29,328 nt of DNA from an uncultured Clostridia bacterium (GTDB taxonomy: Bacteria; Bacillota; Clostridia; Oscillospirales; UMGS1783), in NCBI GenBank assembly GCA_937892635.1, contig CALBKB010000068.1, positions 1 through 29,328 on the forward strand, read 5' to 3'. Of the stretch, positions 1 through 8,753 are shown piece after piece. The notes beneath the pieces were generated by a model that saw only the letters and a program-made list of their open reading frames with translations, did no database searches and was not told the origin of the DNA. Within the stretch, counting starts at the first letter, position 1, and each line of letters opens with the position of its first letter. A program made the translations under genes and the position numbers.

Positions 1-2
1 GT

Positions 3-947
3 GAGGAACTGATCAAGGCTCAGGAAAAACTGGCCGCCCCCCCCCTGATCGGCAACACTCAACTGCGCACCCGCATCGAAGAAATCATTCGCGAGCGCGA
101 GCGCATGCAAAAGCAAATTGCTTCTTACAAGCAACAGGTCGAACAGTTGAGTGCCGCCCAGCCGGCTGATACGCAGCAGCTGTCAGCCCAGCTCGAAGCG
201 GCCAAAACTCAAATTCTCGATCTGCAAACCAAATTGGCGCACACCGCGCAGCCGCTCACCGATGAAGAAGCCGCAGCCCGCATCGCTCAGGCTGAAGAAC
301 GCGCCAGCGCCGCTGCCGCCCAACTTTCTCAGGTACAGGCTCAAGCCGCCCGCCAGATTGATGAGTTGACCTTGCAAAACCGTCAGCTCTCGGCACAGCT
401 TAGCGGCGCCCCCTACACCACTCCCGCCGCTTCGGGCGATCTTCGTCTGCGCGAATCGCAGGATCGCGTCAATGCACTTGAGCAGGAGTTGGCCTACCTT
501 CGTACCGAAAACGAACAGTTGCGCACACAGTCAACCATGAACCCCGATGAACTGCGCAATCTCTATGATAAGAGCCGTCTGTACGACGATATTAAAAATA
601 ACGTCGGTCGCATCATCACCGAGGCGCACCGAAAAGCCAAAGCATTGATCGAACAGGCCGAGGCCGACCGTGACCAGATCCTGCATCAGGGCATGGGTGG
701 ACTGACTGCCATGCAAACCCGTATTCGCATCATGAAAAAGGAGATCGATCAGGCCCAGAAGGCTTATGCCGACACCTCTATCTCCATGTCGGGCATGTTC
801 AATGCCATCCACGATGCCGTGGATATTACCGATAATCAGCTCATTTCCATCCTCGGCCCTCTTCCCGAAACGGTTACCCAAGAGCCGACGCAGGAGCCGA
901 CCCGCAAAAACGGTAACGACGATATTTGGGAAAATCATACCCTCTAA
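3..947 (+). CDS. Long coiled-coil protein, 5'-truncated by the window edge; C-terminal part resembles DivIVA-type coiled coils
   Basis: The frame is open from position 3 (EELIKAQEKLAAPP...) into the 105..947 ORF. It is Q/A/E/L-rich with heptad character; IITEAHRKAKALIEQAEA resembles the DivIVA C-terminal pattern. Confidence 0.6.
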   Translation, partial: EELIKAQEKLAAPPLIGNTQLRTRIEEIIRERERMQKQIASYKQQVEQLSAAQPADTQQLSAQLEAAKTQILDLQTKLAHTAQPLTDEEAAARIAQAEERASAAAAQLSQVQAQAARQIDELTLQNRQLSAQLSGAPYTTPAASGDLRLRESQDRVNALEQELAYLRTENEQLRTQSTMNPDELRNLYDKSRLYDDIKNNVGRIITEAHRKAKALIEQAEADRDQILHQGMGGLTAMQTRIRIMKKEIDQAQKAYADTSISMSGMFNAIHDAVDITDNQLISILGPLPETVTQEPTQEPTRKNGNDDIWENHTL

Positions 948-953
948 AAACCA

Positions 954-977
954 AGGAGCAGACGAAAGTCTGCTCCT
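954..977 (+). terminator. Stem-loop (weak terminator or mRNA stabiliser)
   Basis: AGGAGCAGAC-GAAA-GTCTGCTCCT is a perfect 10-bp stem, followed only by GTTTA. Confidence 0.5.
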
Positions 978-995
978 GTTTACTCGGAGTCACCT

Positions 996-1979
996 ATGGA
1001 ACAAGATAACACCCTCGACCTTGGCCAAGTCACCGACCCAACCGAGGCCACCGATGAATTTATTGAGATCACCTTCCCCGACCGTAAAGACGCTGCCCCT
1101 GCGCCCAAACGCCGCCGCCTTTGGCCCATCTTATCCATAGCAGCCGTCCTGTTGTCGGCGGTCGGACTTTGCCTTTTTCTTTACAGTTCTCAAGGCCAGT
1201 CCACCCCCGAAGCGGTGGCCCAAGCCTATGCCGCAGCGCAAGCCAAAGCCCACGTCGGCCCCATCTATCGCCTTTTTCCCGCCGCCTTGCAACACCGTTT
1301 CCGCGGTTGGCGCGCCGATCTGCTTGAAGAGATGGACGAATTCTATTACGCCTACGGTCAGGACGCAGCCGCCTCCCTTGTGTCGGTCGAAGATTACTCT
1401 CAGGCCGATCGACTCTCCATGAGCGCCTTGCTGGAGGTTGAGATCAGCAACTACAAGCAGGTGGTGCTGCAAAAAGAGCTCGACGGGCGCCTGCGCAATA
1501 TACATCTGGACGTCATCGAGATCCAAAACAAATGGTATCTGACCGAGGTCTGGAACGACGATATCGTGCCCGGCATCGGCTTTGACGATCCTGCCCAAGC
1601 CGTGGATGCCTACTTGACCGCCTTCGCCTCCGGCGACTATGCCGGCATGGCCTCGGCGCTTTCCCCCGCGCTGGCCCACATCGCCATCGAAAAAGGCTAC
1701 GGCTTGCGCGATATGATCTATGAGCTCGACGACTTTGTCTCCAACGAACAGAGCGGTCAACCCGTCTCCTACTCCCTCTTGCAAACCAAGGACTATTCGG
1801 CCTATCAAACCCAAAACATAACCGAAATCTTAGGTATCCAGCCCCAAGCCTATTGTGCCTACCATCTGGAAGCCCTCATCGGCGATACCCTCTACACCGT
1901 CGTTTTCGATCTGGTGCAGGCGGATGATCGCTGGGGCATTACCGCCGTCTGGGACTACAATAAAAGTTATATCCTATAA
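996..1979 (+). CDS. Membrane-anchored extracytoplasmic protein with two tandem NTF2-like (DUF4878-type) domains
   Basis: KRRR followed by a hydrophobic helix. Two internal repeats begin TPEAVAQAY / DPAQAVDAY and end IQNKWYLTEVW / ADDRWGITAVW. GGAG RBS upstream. Confidence 0.6.
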   Translation: MEQDNTLDLGQVTDPTEATDEFIEITFPDRKDAAPAPKRRRLWPILSIAAVLLSAVGLCLFLYSSQGQSTPEAVAQAYAAAQAKAHVGPIYRLFPAALQHRFRGWRADLLEEMDEFYYAYGQDAAASLVSVEDYSQADRLSMSALLEVEISNYKQVVLQKELDGRLRNIHLDVIEIQNKWYLTEVWNDDIVPGIGFDDPAQAVDAYLTAFASGDYAGMASALSPALAHIAIEKGYGLRDMIYELDDFVSNEQSGQPVSYSLLQTKDYSAYQTQNITEILGIQPQAYCAYHLEALIGDTLYTVVFDLVQADDRWGITAVWDYNKSYIL

Positions 1980-2006
1980 AAATAGAGCCTTTCGGCTCTA
2001 TTTTTA
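1977..2006. terminator. Bidirectional intrinsic terminator
   Basis: TAAAAATAGAGCC-TTTC-GGCTCTATTTTTA between convergent genes. Confidence 0.85.
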
Positions 2007-2654
2007 TATCAATTTCTTCAGTTTTTCTACGGTGGCTACCACGATCAGTTTGCAGTCAGTCGGAAGCGGCTGTGTCGGATCAATGTCAATACTCACCTCA
2101 TCCCCGTGGCGGATAGCCACGACGTTGAGAGAATATTTACGGCGCAAATCCAGTTCCATGAGCGTTTTGCCCACCCATTCACTCTTGATCGCCAGCTCGA
2201 CCATCGACACCTTTTTGGATAAATCAATGATATCCAAAAATCCCGAACTGATCAAGTTTTTGGCCAGCCTCATCCCTGATTCCTTTTCCGGGAAGACCAC
2301 CTTGTCAGCGCCGATACGCAGCATAATCCGACGATGCATCTCGTTGGCGCACTTGACGATGATGTGCTTCACGCCTAACTCCTTGCACAGGGTAATAGCC
2401 ATCACGCTGGCCTCCAAATTGCCGGCCATGGCGATAATGACCACATCCATATTGGATATGCCCAGTTGTTTGACGACTTCAGGGTCGGTAATATCGGCGC
2501 ACTTGCAGATGGGCAACTCTTCGGCTGCGGCATTGACGATGGCCGCATCCATATCAACAGCCAGCACCTCAGCGCCGCTCTCAATCAATTCCTTAGCGAC
2601 CGCCCGACCGTAGCGGCCCAAACCAAACACAGCGTATGTCTTATGTATACTCAT
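2004..2654 (-). CDS. ktrA: TrkA/KtrA family K+ uptake regulatory (RCK) subunit
   Basis: VFGLGRYG nucleotide-binding motif, GADKVVFPEKESG and a C-terminal RCK_C (WVGKTLMELDLRRKY). Overlaps the ktrB stop codon (ATGA). Confidence 0.92.
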   Translation of the reverse strand: MSIHKTYAVFGLGRYGRAVAKELIESGAEVLAVDMDAAIVNAAAEELPICKCADITDPEVVKQLGISNMDVVIIAMAGNLEASVMAITLCKELGVKHIIVKCANEMHRRIMLRIGADKVVFPEKESGMRLAKNLISSGFLDIIDLSKKVSMVELAIKSEWVGKTLMELDLRRKYSLNVVAIRHGDEVSIDIDPTQPLPTDCKLIVVATVEKLKKLI

Positions 2655-3982
2655 CCTACATGAATCTCCTCTGTCGGATTTTTAATGATATTCGGATTGT
2701 TTCTGCGCAAATGAAAAGCAATAGCCAGCGAGATGGGGCCGATTCGTCCCAAATACATGGTGGCAATAAGGATCAGCTTACCCCACTCATTCAAAAGTGG
2801 TGTCAGGTTTCGGGTCAGCCCTACCGTTGCCGTGGCACTAATCGCCTCAAAGAGCAGATCGGTAAGCGATGCATCGGTCACGGCAGCCAGCAGCCCCGTG
2901 GAGATGCATACGATAAAGGCCGCCATGCCCGCCACCGCCAGCGTCTTGCGAATGGCCTGGCCGGTTATGCTGCGGCGATAGAGCACCACCTCATCTCGAT
3001 TGCGTACCGTAGCCAAGGCAGCCGCGATCAGCACCGTCAGCGTCACCGTCTTAATGCCACCAGCCGTACCCACCGGCGAGCCGCCAATAAACATCAGCAG
3101 CAGCGTCACCAGCGTTGAGCCGGTAGTCAGATCCTGCTGTGCCACCGTGGCAAAACCGGCCGTGCGGGTGGTCACCGACTGGAAGACCGAAACCTGGATC
3201 TTATCCCAAAGACTCATCTCCCCGATGGTGAGCGGATTGTGATATTCAAAGAACAATATGGCCGCCGCACCGCCGACGATCAGCACCGCTGTCGTGACCA
3301 GTGCGATCTTGCTGTGCAGCATCAGACCTCTTTTTTTATGTCGCACCACCTGCAAAACATCCCACCAGACCACATAGCCGATACCGCCCAAAACAATAAG
3401 GGCCATCGTCACGGCATTGAGCAGCGGATGGGTGGCATACTGACACAAGCTGTCCTGCGCCAAAACATCAATACCGGCATTGCAAAAGGCCGACACGGCA
3501 TGAAATACCGATATCCAGATCCCACGCCATCCATACTGCGGTACGAACACCGTCATGCACAACAGCGCACCCGTACCCTCGACGGCAAATGTACCTATGA
3601 GCACCTTTTTGAGAAACCGGATCAACCCCGAAAGCGAGTTTAGATTAAAGGCATCCTGCAACAGCAGACGATCTCTCAGCCCCATGCGACGGTGGAGCAA
3701 CACCATCAATCCGGCCATCGTGGTGATGATGCCCAAGCCTCCGATCTGGATTAGCAGCAGAATCACCGCCTGTCCAAACCCACTCCAGGTCGACACCGTT
3801 GGCAGTGTGACCAGCCCGGTCACACAGGTCGAGGTAGTGGCGGTAAAAAGCGCATCAATATAAGGCACCGCCACCCCCGTCGCCGAGGCGATGGGCAGCG
3901 CCAGCAGCCCGCTGCCGACAAAAATGGCCGCAAGGAAACTGAGCAATATGATATGAGTTGTCGTTAATCGTTTCTTCTTCAT
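2651..3982 (-). CDS. ktrB: TrkH/KtrB family K+ uptake membrane subunit
   Basis: Pore motifs ALFTATTSTCVTGL, SAFCNAG, TRTAGF, MFIGGSPVGTAGGIK, SATATVGL and YLGRIG. ATG at 3982 preferred over 4000 because a TATAAT lies between them. Confidence 0.93.
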   Translation of the reverse strand: MKKKRLTTTHIILLSFLAAIFVGSGLLALPIASATGVAVPYIDALFTATTSTCVTGLVTLPTVSTWSGFGQAVILLLIQIGGLGIITTMAGLMVLLHRRMGLRDRLLLQDAFNLNSLSGLIRFLKKVLIGTFAVEGTGALLCMTVFVPQYGWRGIWISVFHAVSAFCNAGIDVLAQDSLCQYATHPLLNAVTMALIVLGGIGYVVWWDVLQVVRHKKRGLMLHSKIALVTTAVLIVGGAAAILFFEYHNPLTIGEMSLWDKIQVSVFQSVTTRTAGFATVAQQDLTTGSTLVTLLLMFIGGSPVGTAGGIKTVTLTVLIAAALATVRNRDEVVLYRRSITGQAIRKTLAVAGMAAFIVCISTGLLAAVTDASLTDLLFEAISATATVGLTRNLTPLLNEWGKLILIATMYLGRIGPISLAIAFHLRRNNPNIIKNPTEEIHVG

Positions 3983-3988
3983 GTGGTT

Positions 3989-4017
3989 ATTATACCGCAT
4001 ATCCGCTAAAAAAACAA
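3989..4017 (-). promoter_or_regulatory. Sigma-A promoter for ktrBA, probably leaderless
   Basis: TTGTTT-17 bp-TATAAT, then only 6 nt (AACCAC) to the ATG; no SD sequence. Confidence 0.55.
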
Positions 4018-4038
4018 GAGCCGCATACGCGGCTCTTG
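4008..4038 (-). terminator. Intrinsic terminator after deoC
   Basis: CAAGAGCCGC-ATAC-GCGGCTCTTG stem, followed by T7 on the minus strand. Confidence 0.85.
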
Positions 4039-4041
4039 AAC

Positions 4042-4821
4042 TTAGTCAAACTTAGGAGGCTGATTCTTCTGGGAGGCATAGGGGCGGGTGCGATCGTTGG
4101 TGTTGATAAACACGGTGGAGCTGGTGCCCATACGAACAGCACCGGCCTTAACCATGGCCTCAACATCCTCACGGCAAAGAACACCGGTGGAAGCCTTAAC
4201 CAACATATCCTCGCCAACCACACGCTTCATCAGCTGTACGTCGGCAACGGTAGCACCGCCGGTACCCATACCGGTCGAGGTCTTCACATAATCAGCGCCG
4301 GCAGCCTTCGACAGCACGCAAGCCGCAATCTTTTCTTCTTTGGTCAAATAGCAGGTCTCGATGATAACCTTAACATGAGCATCGCCCGCAGCATCAACAA
4401 CAGCCTTGATATCTTCATAAACCAGATCGTAGTTCTGGTCACGCAGCGCGCCCACGTTGATAACCATATCGATCTCGTCTGCACCATCTTCAACGGCCAG
4501 CTTGGTCTCGTAAGCCTTAACCTCAGGACGGTTAGCACCCAAGGGGAAACCGACAACACAGCAGGTTTTCAGGTCAGTGCCTTCCAGGTTAGTCTTTACA
4601 CGCTTAACGTGAATGGGGTTAACGCAGATCGAAGCGGCACCGTGCTCAATACCCTCCTTGCAAAACTCGTCGACAATGGCTACCGGCGTGTAGGCACGCA
4701 GCACCGTGTGGTCGCAGTATTTGCTGTGGGGCAGTAACATCGGGTATTCCTTTGCAGGGGTAGTATCCTGCTCGATCTCAGCGATTTTGTCAGCAATCAC
4801 TTTTTTCCAATCCATTTTCAT
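4042..4821 (-). CDS. deoC: Deoxyribose-phosphate aldolase family (class I) aldolase
   Basis: DHTVL, VVGFPLG, GADEIDMVIN, KVIIET, YVKTSTG (Schiff-base Lys) and RMGTSS. About 30-aa N-terminal extension; GGAGG RBS. Confidence 0.9.
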   Translation of the reverse strand: MKMDWKKVIADKIAEIEQDTTPAKEYPMLLPHSKYCDHTVLRAYTPVAIVDEFCKEGIEHGAASICVNPIHVKRVKTNLEGTDLKTCCVVGFPLGANRPEVKAYETKLAVEDGADEIDMVINVGALRDQNYDLVYEDIKAVVDAAGDAHVKVIIETCYLTKEEKIAACVLSKAAGADYVKTSTGMGTGGATVADVQLMKRVVGEDMLVKASTGVLCREDVEAMVKAGAVRMGTSSTVFINTNDRTRPYASQKNQPPKFD

Positions 4822-4831
4822 TTCCTCCTAT

Positions 4832-5709
4832 TTATATGCTTTTAAAGCCATGAATTGCAAAGAGAGCCGCGCCCAGCGGCACGTTGTTATCCAACAGTTC
4901 GCAGGTGGTCACACGGAAACGATCCCGACCGGTAATAAATACGTATTGTTCGGCATATCGGCGAATGGGATCCACCACATATTCGCCCATATTGGCCACG
5001 CCGCCGCCAATGGCAATGCAGTCAACGCCAAGCAGCGTCACCAAATTGGCAATACCCAGACCGAAATGACGTCCCACGTCCTCCAAGACGCTCAGCGCGA
5101 AGGCATCGCCCTCTTGGGCCGCCGCATGCAGCGCACGGCAGGTGGGCTCAGCCACCGAGGAATCGGCAGGAATCCCCTCGCGCAGCCGCCGCTCGATGGA
5201 CGGACCGGCGCACAGTTCTTCTATGCGCACGGGCGGCTCGCTGATGTAGGTATTGCCGAAATAGGAAGCACCGAATCCGATGCCGTCCCACGGCTTGCCG
5301 TTAATAAAGAGCGACCCGCCGATGTATAGAAAAAGGCATTACTGCCCCGTCCTGCGCCTAAGTGCAGTTCGGCATAACCGCCCGCCACCGTGTCGTTGAC
5401 CACGACCGTGGGCCGATTAAAGGTCTGCTCAAACCAGGTTTTGAGCTCAAAATCTTTCCAGCCCTTCACCTGCAAGGAGATCAGCACACGCCCCGTCGCC
5501 GTTTCCAGCGGACCGCCGAATCCCACGCCGATGGTGGTGATCTCGTATTTTTTCAAAAGAATCTCAATATTTTCCTTGAGCCAGTCTAAAATGTCGGGTG
5601 CGCCCCGCTCAATCTTCGGCTTGCCGCTAACCATTTCCACCAACTGTCCGTTGGCTTCGCACACAGCAATTTGCTGTTTGGTGCCGCCGATTTCTACCCC
5701 TAAAACCAT
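4832..5709 (-). pseudogene. ROK-family sugar kinase disrupted by a frameshifting deletion at 5323/5324
   Basis: The 5' half (GVEIGGTK, GVGFGGP, VVNDTVAGGYAE...FFYT) continues in another frame as IGGSLFING...IAIGGGV...LGAA. The conserved xxGTG segment is absent at the junction. Confidence 0.8.
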
Positions 5710-5732
5710 TTGCGCACACCTCCTCTATATTA

Positions 5733-5760
5733 ATTTTAGCAACATTTTTCCGTTTGTCAA
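5733..5760 (-). promoter_or_regulatory. Sigma-A promoter for the ROK kinase-deoC unit
   Basis: TTGACA-16 bp-TAAAAT with an extended -10 TG; GGAGG RBS downstream. Confidence 0.7.
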
Positions 5761-5778
5761 CCGCTATGTGCACATAAG

Positions 5779-5807
5779 AGAAAAAAGCCGCATTGCGGCT
5801 TTTTTCT
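5779..5807 (-). terminator. Intrinsic terminator after the GH2 gene
   Basis: AGAAAAAAGCCGC-ATT-GCGGCTTTTTTCT directly after the stop codon. Confidence 0.85.
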
Positions 5808-7850
5808 TTAGGCGTAGACTCCGTAAAAAAGCAGGTCATAGCCCGCGCCAAGCGAGCGAATCCGTACCCGCTTAACCGTCTTCGTCCGGGGTAAAGGAAT
5901 GTCTAACCGATTGATCATATAGTTCTCAAAGTTTTTATCGTAATGGAAGTGAGCATACAGCGTAGCATTCTCCGCCGTCGGATTGATGCGCGAAGAACTC
6001 AGCGTGGTAAACACCGTGGTAAACTCCAAACCGTTGCGCAGCAATGTCGTCTGCTCCCCGCCGTCATATTCCACGATTACCTCAGCCGCCGCCTCCCCGT
6101 ACTCACCGGCAATAGGATAGCCCTTGGGCGCACTCACACACCCAATCAGCGTCACCGCATCACTGACCGTTGAACCTTCAAAAATCAGTTCGCCACCGTC
6201 ACACAACACGGCCGGCTCTTCCTCCAACATCGGACCAAACAGAATCTGACGCTTGCGCATGCGCACCAGATGAGTAGGCGTCGGTTCTTCAATCTTCTCC
6301 ATGAAGGCCGCATAGTCACCCTTGTCCTGACAGGTAAGGGGCGTCTTGTCGCACGTATCGTACCATTCAACACCATAATACTCATCTCGGAACATATCCT
6401 CTCGCCAACTGTTGCAGAAAGCGTCATAAATGGCCGTTGGTGTCCCGTCGACATTGATCAGATGCTCCATCAACTTTCCGTCTACCGTAGCCGGCATGGC
6501 ACGGTTGTAATCGTATCCCTGTGACCAGTACCAGAAAGAGGCTCCCGCCAATTTCTTCTTCTTTTTCAGATTCACCAATTGACGAATATACTCTTTCATC
6601 ATCAGCGGCTTATCAAACAGGTGCATACCACCCCACTCCGTAAAGACCAACGGCTTATCGCACAATTCCTGCGCCGCCAACCGCGCCCGATCAAAGTTAT
6701 AAAAATAGGGATGCTGGGTATAGAAATCAAAGCCGCATTTGTTAAAATAGGTCAGCGTATCCTGATTGCTCATACAGTTGGCGCCCGACACCAAACGCGT
6801 AGTATCTAGCGCGCGGCAGGCATTGGCACTGTCGATCAGGAACTGCTCGGTAAACCGGCACTCGTTAAAGCAGAGCCAAAAGACGATACTGACATGGTTG
6901 CGGTCGCGCATGATGGTGCGCTGCAAGACCTCAATGCTGCCCTGCGCCACCTCGGGATTGGAGGTGTCCGACCACCACAAGCCCGGCTCCTCCGAGGTCA
7001 TCAAACCAATACGGTCGGTGATCTCCAACGTGCGCTTGTCATGCGGATAATGCACCAGTCGCACGTAGTTGCACCCCGTCGCCTTGATCTTCTTCAAATC
7101 CGCTTCAATCTGTTCATAAGTCAAGGTGTGCCCGCTCTCACCGATCATCTCATGCTTGCACACGCCACGCAGGAAGATCGGCTCGCCGTTGAGATACAGC
7201 TGATGCTCATCGCAAGTGAAATCACGAAAGCCCACCTTGGCTTGATAAACATCCATCACCCGCTCGCCATCCAGCAACTCTACCTTCAAATCATACAGAT
7301 TGGGCGCATCCGGCGACCAGCAACGCACCTTCTCAACCCGACCCGCAAATTCCTTGCTCTCGGTTTGATACGTCTGCCCATCCAGAGAAATACGCCAGCT
7401 CCCCTCACCTTTCATGGTAATGCTGTACTCGCCCGAGGCATGCCCCACGAAAAAGACATCCTCAATAAAGTGCTCGTTGCGATATAGGATCTGCACGCTA
7501 CGGGTAATGCCGCCGTAGTTCTGCCATCCTTCCGTCGGTCCAAAGGCCGGCGCAATATCCTCAATCTCCACCAACAACTCGTTGTCTGTGGGACGCACGT
7601 GGTCGGTGATCTCAAACTGATACTCGCAATACGGCCCCATCTTGCCCAGCTTCTCGCCATTGAGATAGACTTCGGCAGCATAGGTAATGCCGTCAAATTG
7701 CAGGAAGATACGCGGCGCCGTGCCCTCCAAATCAAAGGTGCGGCGGCACTCACTATGCCCAACAGCCAGCGCCGAAAAAGGCACTTCGCGCTCCTGCCAA
7801 GCACCCTTGCCGATGCGATATTCCCAAATACCATTCAATGATTGTTTCAT
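5808..7850 (-). CDS. Glycoside hydrolase family 2 (beta-galactosidase/glucuronidase-like), cytoplasmic
   Basis: LNGIW, FDGI...VYLNG, YGGITR, WSPDAPNLY, VGFR, LRGVCKHE and NYVRLVHYP. Acid/base FNE and nucleophile FTEWG. No signal peptide; ATG 7850 lies 6 nt after AAGGTGA. Confidence 0.9.
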   Translation of the reverse strand: MKQSLNGIWEYRIGKGAWQEREVPFSALAVGHSECRRTFDLEGTAPRIFLQFDGITYAAEVYLNGEKLGKMGPYCEYQFEITDHVRPTDNELLVEIEDIAPAFGPTEGWQNYGGITRSVQILYRNEHFIEDVFFVGHASGEYSITMKGEGSWRISLDGQTYQTESKEFAGRVEKVRCWSPDAPNLYDLKVELLDGERVMDVYQAKVGFRDFTCDEHQLYLNGEPIFLRGVCKHEMIGESGHTLTYEQIEADLKKIKATGCNYVRLVHYPHDKRTLEITDRIGLMTSEEPGLWWSDTSNPEVAQGSIEVLQRTIMRDRNHVSIVFWLCFNECRFTEQFLIDSANACRALDTTRLVSGANCMSNQDTLTYFNKCGFDFYTQHPYFYNFDRARLAAQELCDKPLVFTEWGGMHLFDKPLMMKEYIRQLVNLKKKKKLAGASFWYWSQGYDYNRAMPATVDGKLMEHLINVDGTPTAIYDAFCNSWREDMFRDEYYGVEWYDTCDKTPLTCQDKGDYAAFMEKIEEPTPTHLVRMRKRQILFGPMLEEEPAVLCDGGELIFEGSTVSDAVTLIGCVSAPKGYPIAGEYGEAAAEVIVEYDGGEQTTLLRNGLEFTTVFTTLSSSRINPTAENATLYAHFHYDKNFENYMINRLDIPLPRTKTVKRVRIRSLGAGYDLLFYGVYA

Positions 7851-7861
7851 AGTCATTCACC

Positions 7862-8752
7862 TTATTTGTGTTGTTGTTGTCCGTACAAAATAGCACCGAT
7901 AACGCCCTGTTCCCCGTCAAATCCCGATAGGTAGATCTGTCCAACCCGCCCTTTGATCGGTTGGGTGTAGGCATCCAAGGCCTTGGCCAACGGTGCGGCA
8001 AATACGTCATAACTGCGCGTCACGCTCCCGCCAAGCACAATGGCCTGCGGATCCAGCAAATGATAGACGCTCGACAAGCCGAGCCCCAATCGGTCGGCGG
8101 CATCATGGACTATGCTCAGCATAGCCTCATCCCCCTCACGCGCACGGTCAAACACCTCTTTGGTGTCCAGCCCCGCCTCGCGTGCAATGGCCGTTCCCGA
8201 CGCGTACCGTTCTAAGCACCCACGCTTGCCGCAATCACATAACCGTCCCTTCGGCTCAACCGTCAGATGTCCCAGTTCGCCCGCCGACGAGGTCGCACCC
8301 GAAAGAATCTGCCCATTGACCACGATGCCGCAGCCAACGCCGGTGCTGACGGTCACGTATACCAGCGGATCACTGCCCTTGGCCACACCCACCGCATACT
8401 CGGCCAAAGCCGCGCAGTTGGCGTCATTTTCTAAATACACAGGCACGCCCAAGGCATCGGCCAGCATCTGCCGTATCGGCACGTCCGAAAAACCCATCGT
8501 GGCAATATGAATGATCCGCCCGCCTTTTACGTCCAGCGGTCCGGGACAGGCCGCCCCCGCAAAGGCAATCGCATCTGCGCCACATTCCTGCATCAGCGCA
8601 CGACTGTGCTCGGCAATCCGCCGCACCAAATCCAGCGGCCCACGCTCGGACCGGGTCGGGAATACGATCGTCTTCTTCGGAATCGGCGCACCGTCAGATA
8701 ACCCAATGGCCGTCTTGGTACCACCGATGTCAATTCCCAGACAGTATCCCAT
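7862..8752 (-). CDS. ROK-family sugar kinase (glucokinase-like)
   Basis: GIDIGGTK, ENDANCAALAE, STGVGCG, AGELGH and Zn motif CDCGKRGCLE. No HTH domain. Confidence 0.9.
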   Translation of the reverse strand: MGYCLGIDIGGTKTAIGLSDGAPIPKKTIVFPTRSERGPLDLVRRIAEHSRALMQECGADAIAFAGAACPGPLDVKGGRIIHIATMGFSDVPIRQMLADALGVPVYLENDANCAALAEYAVGVAKGSDPLVYVTVSTGVGCGIVVNGQILSGATSSAGELGHLTVEPKGRLCDCGKRGCLERYASGTAIAREAGLDTKEVFDRAREGDEAMLSIVHDAADRLGLGLSSVYHLLDPQAIVLGGSVTRSYDVFAAPLAKALDAYTQPIKGRVGQIYLSGFDGEQGVIGAILYGQQQHK

Positions 8753-8753
8753 C

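Noticed and set aside
3958..5329. Plus-strand ORFs of 259 aa and 207 aa
   Set aside because: They are antisense to deoC and the ROK pseudogene and have no supporting signals.
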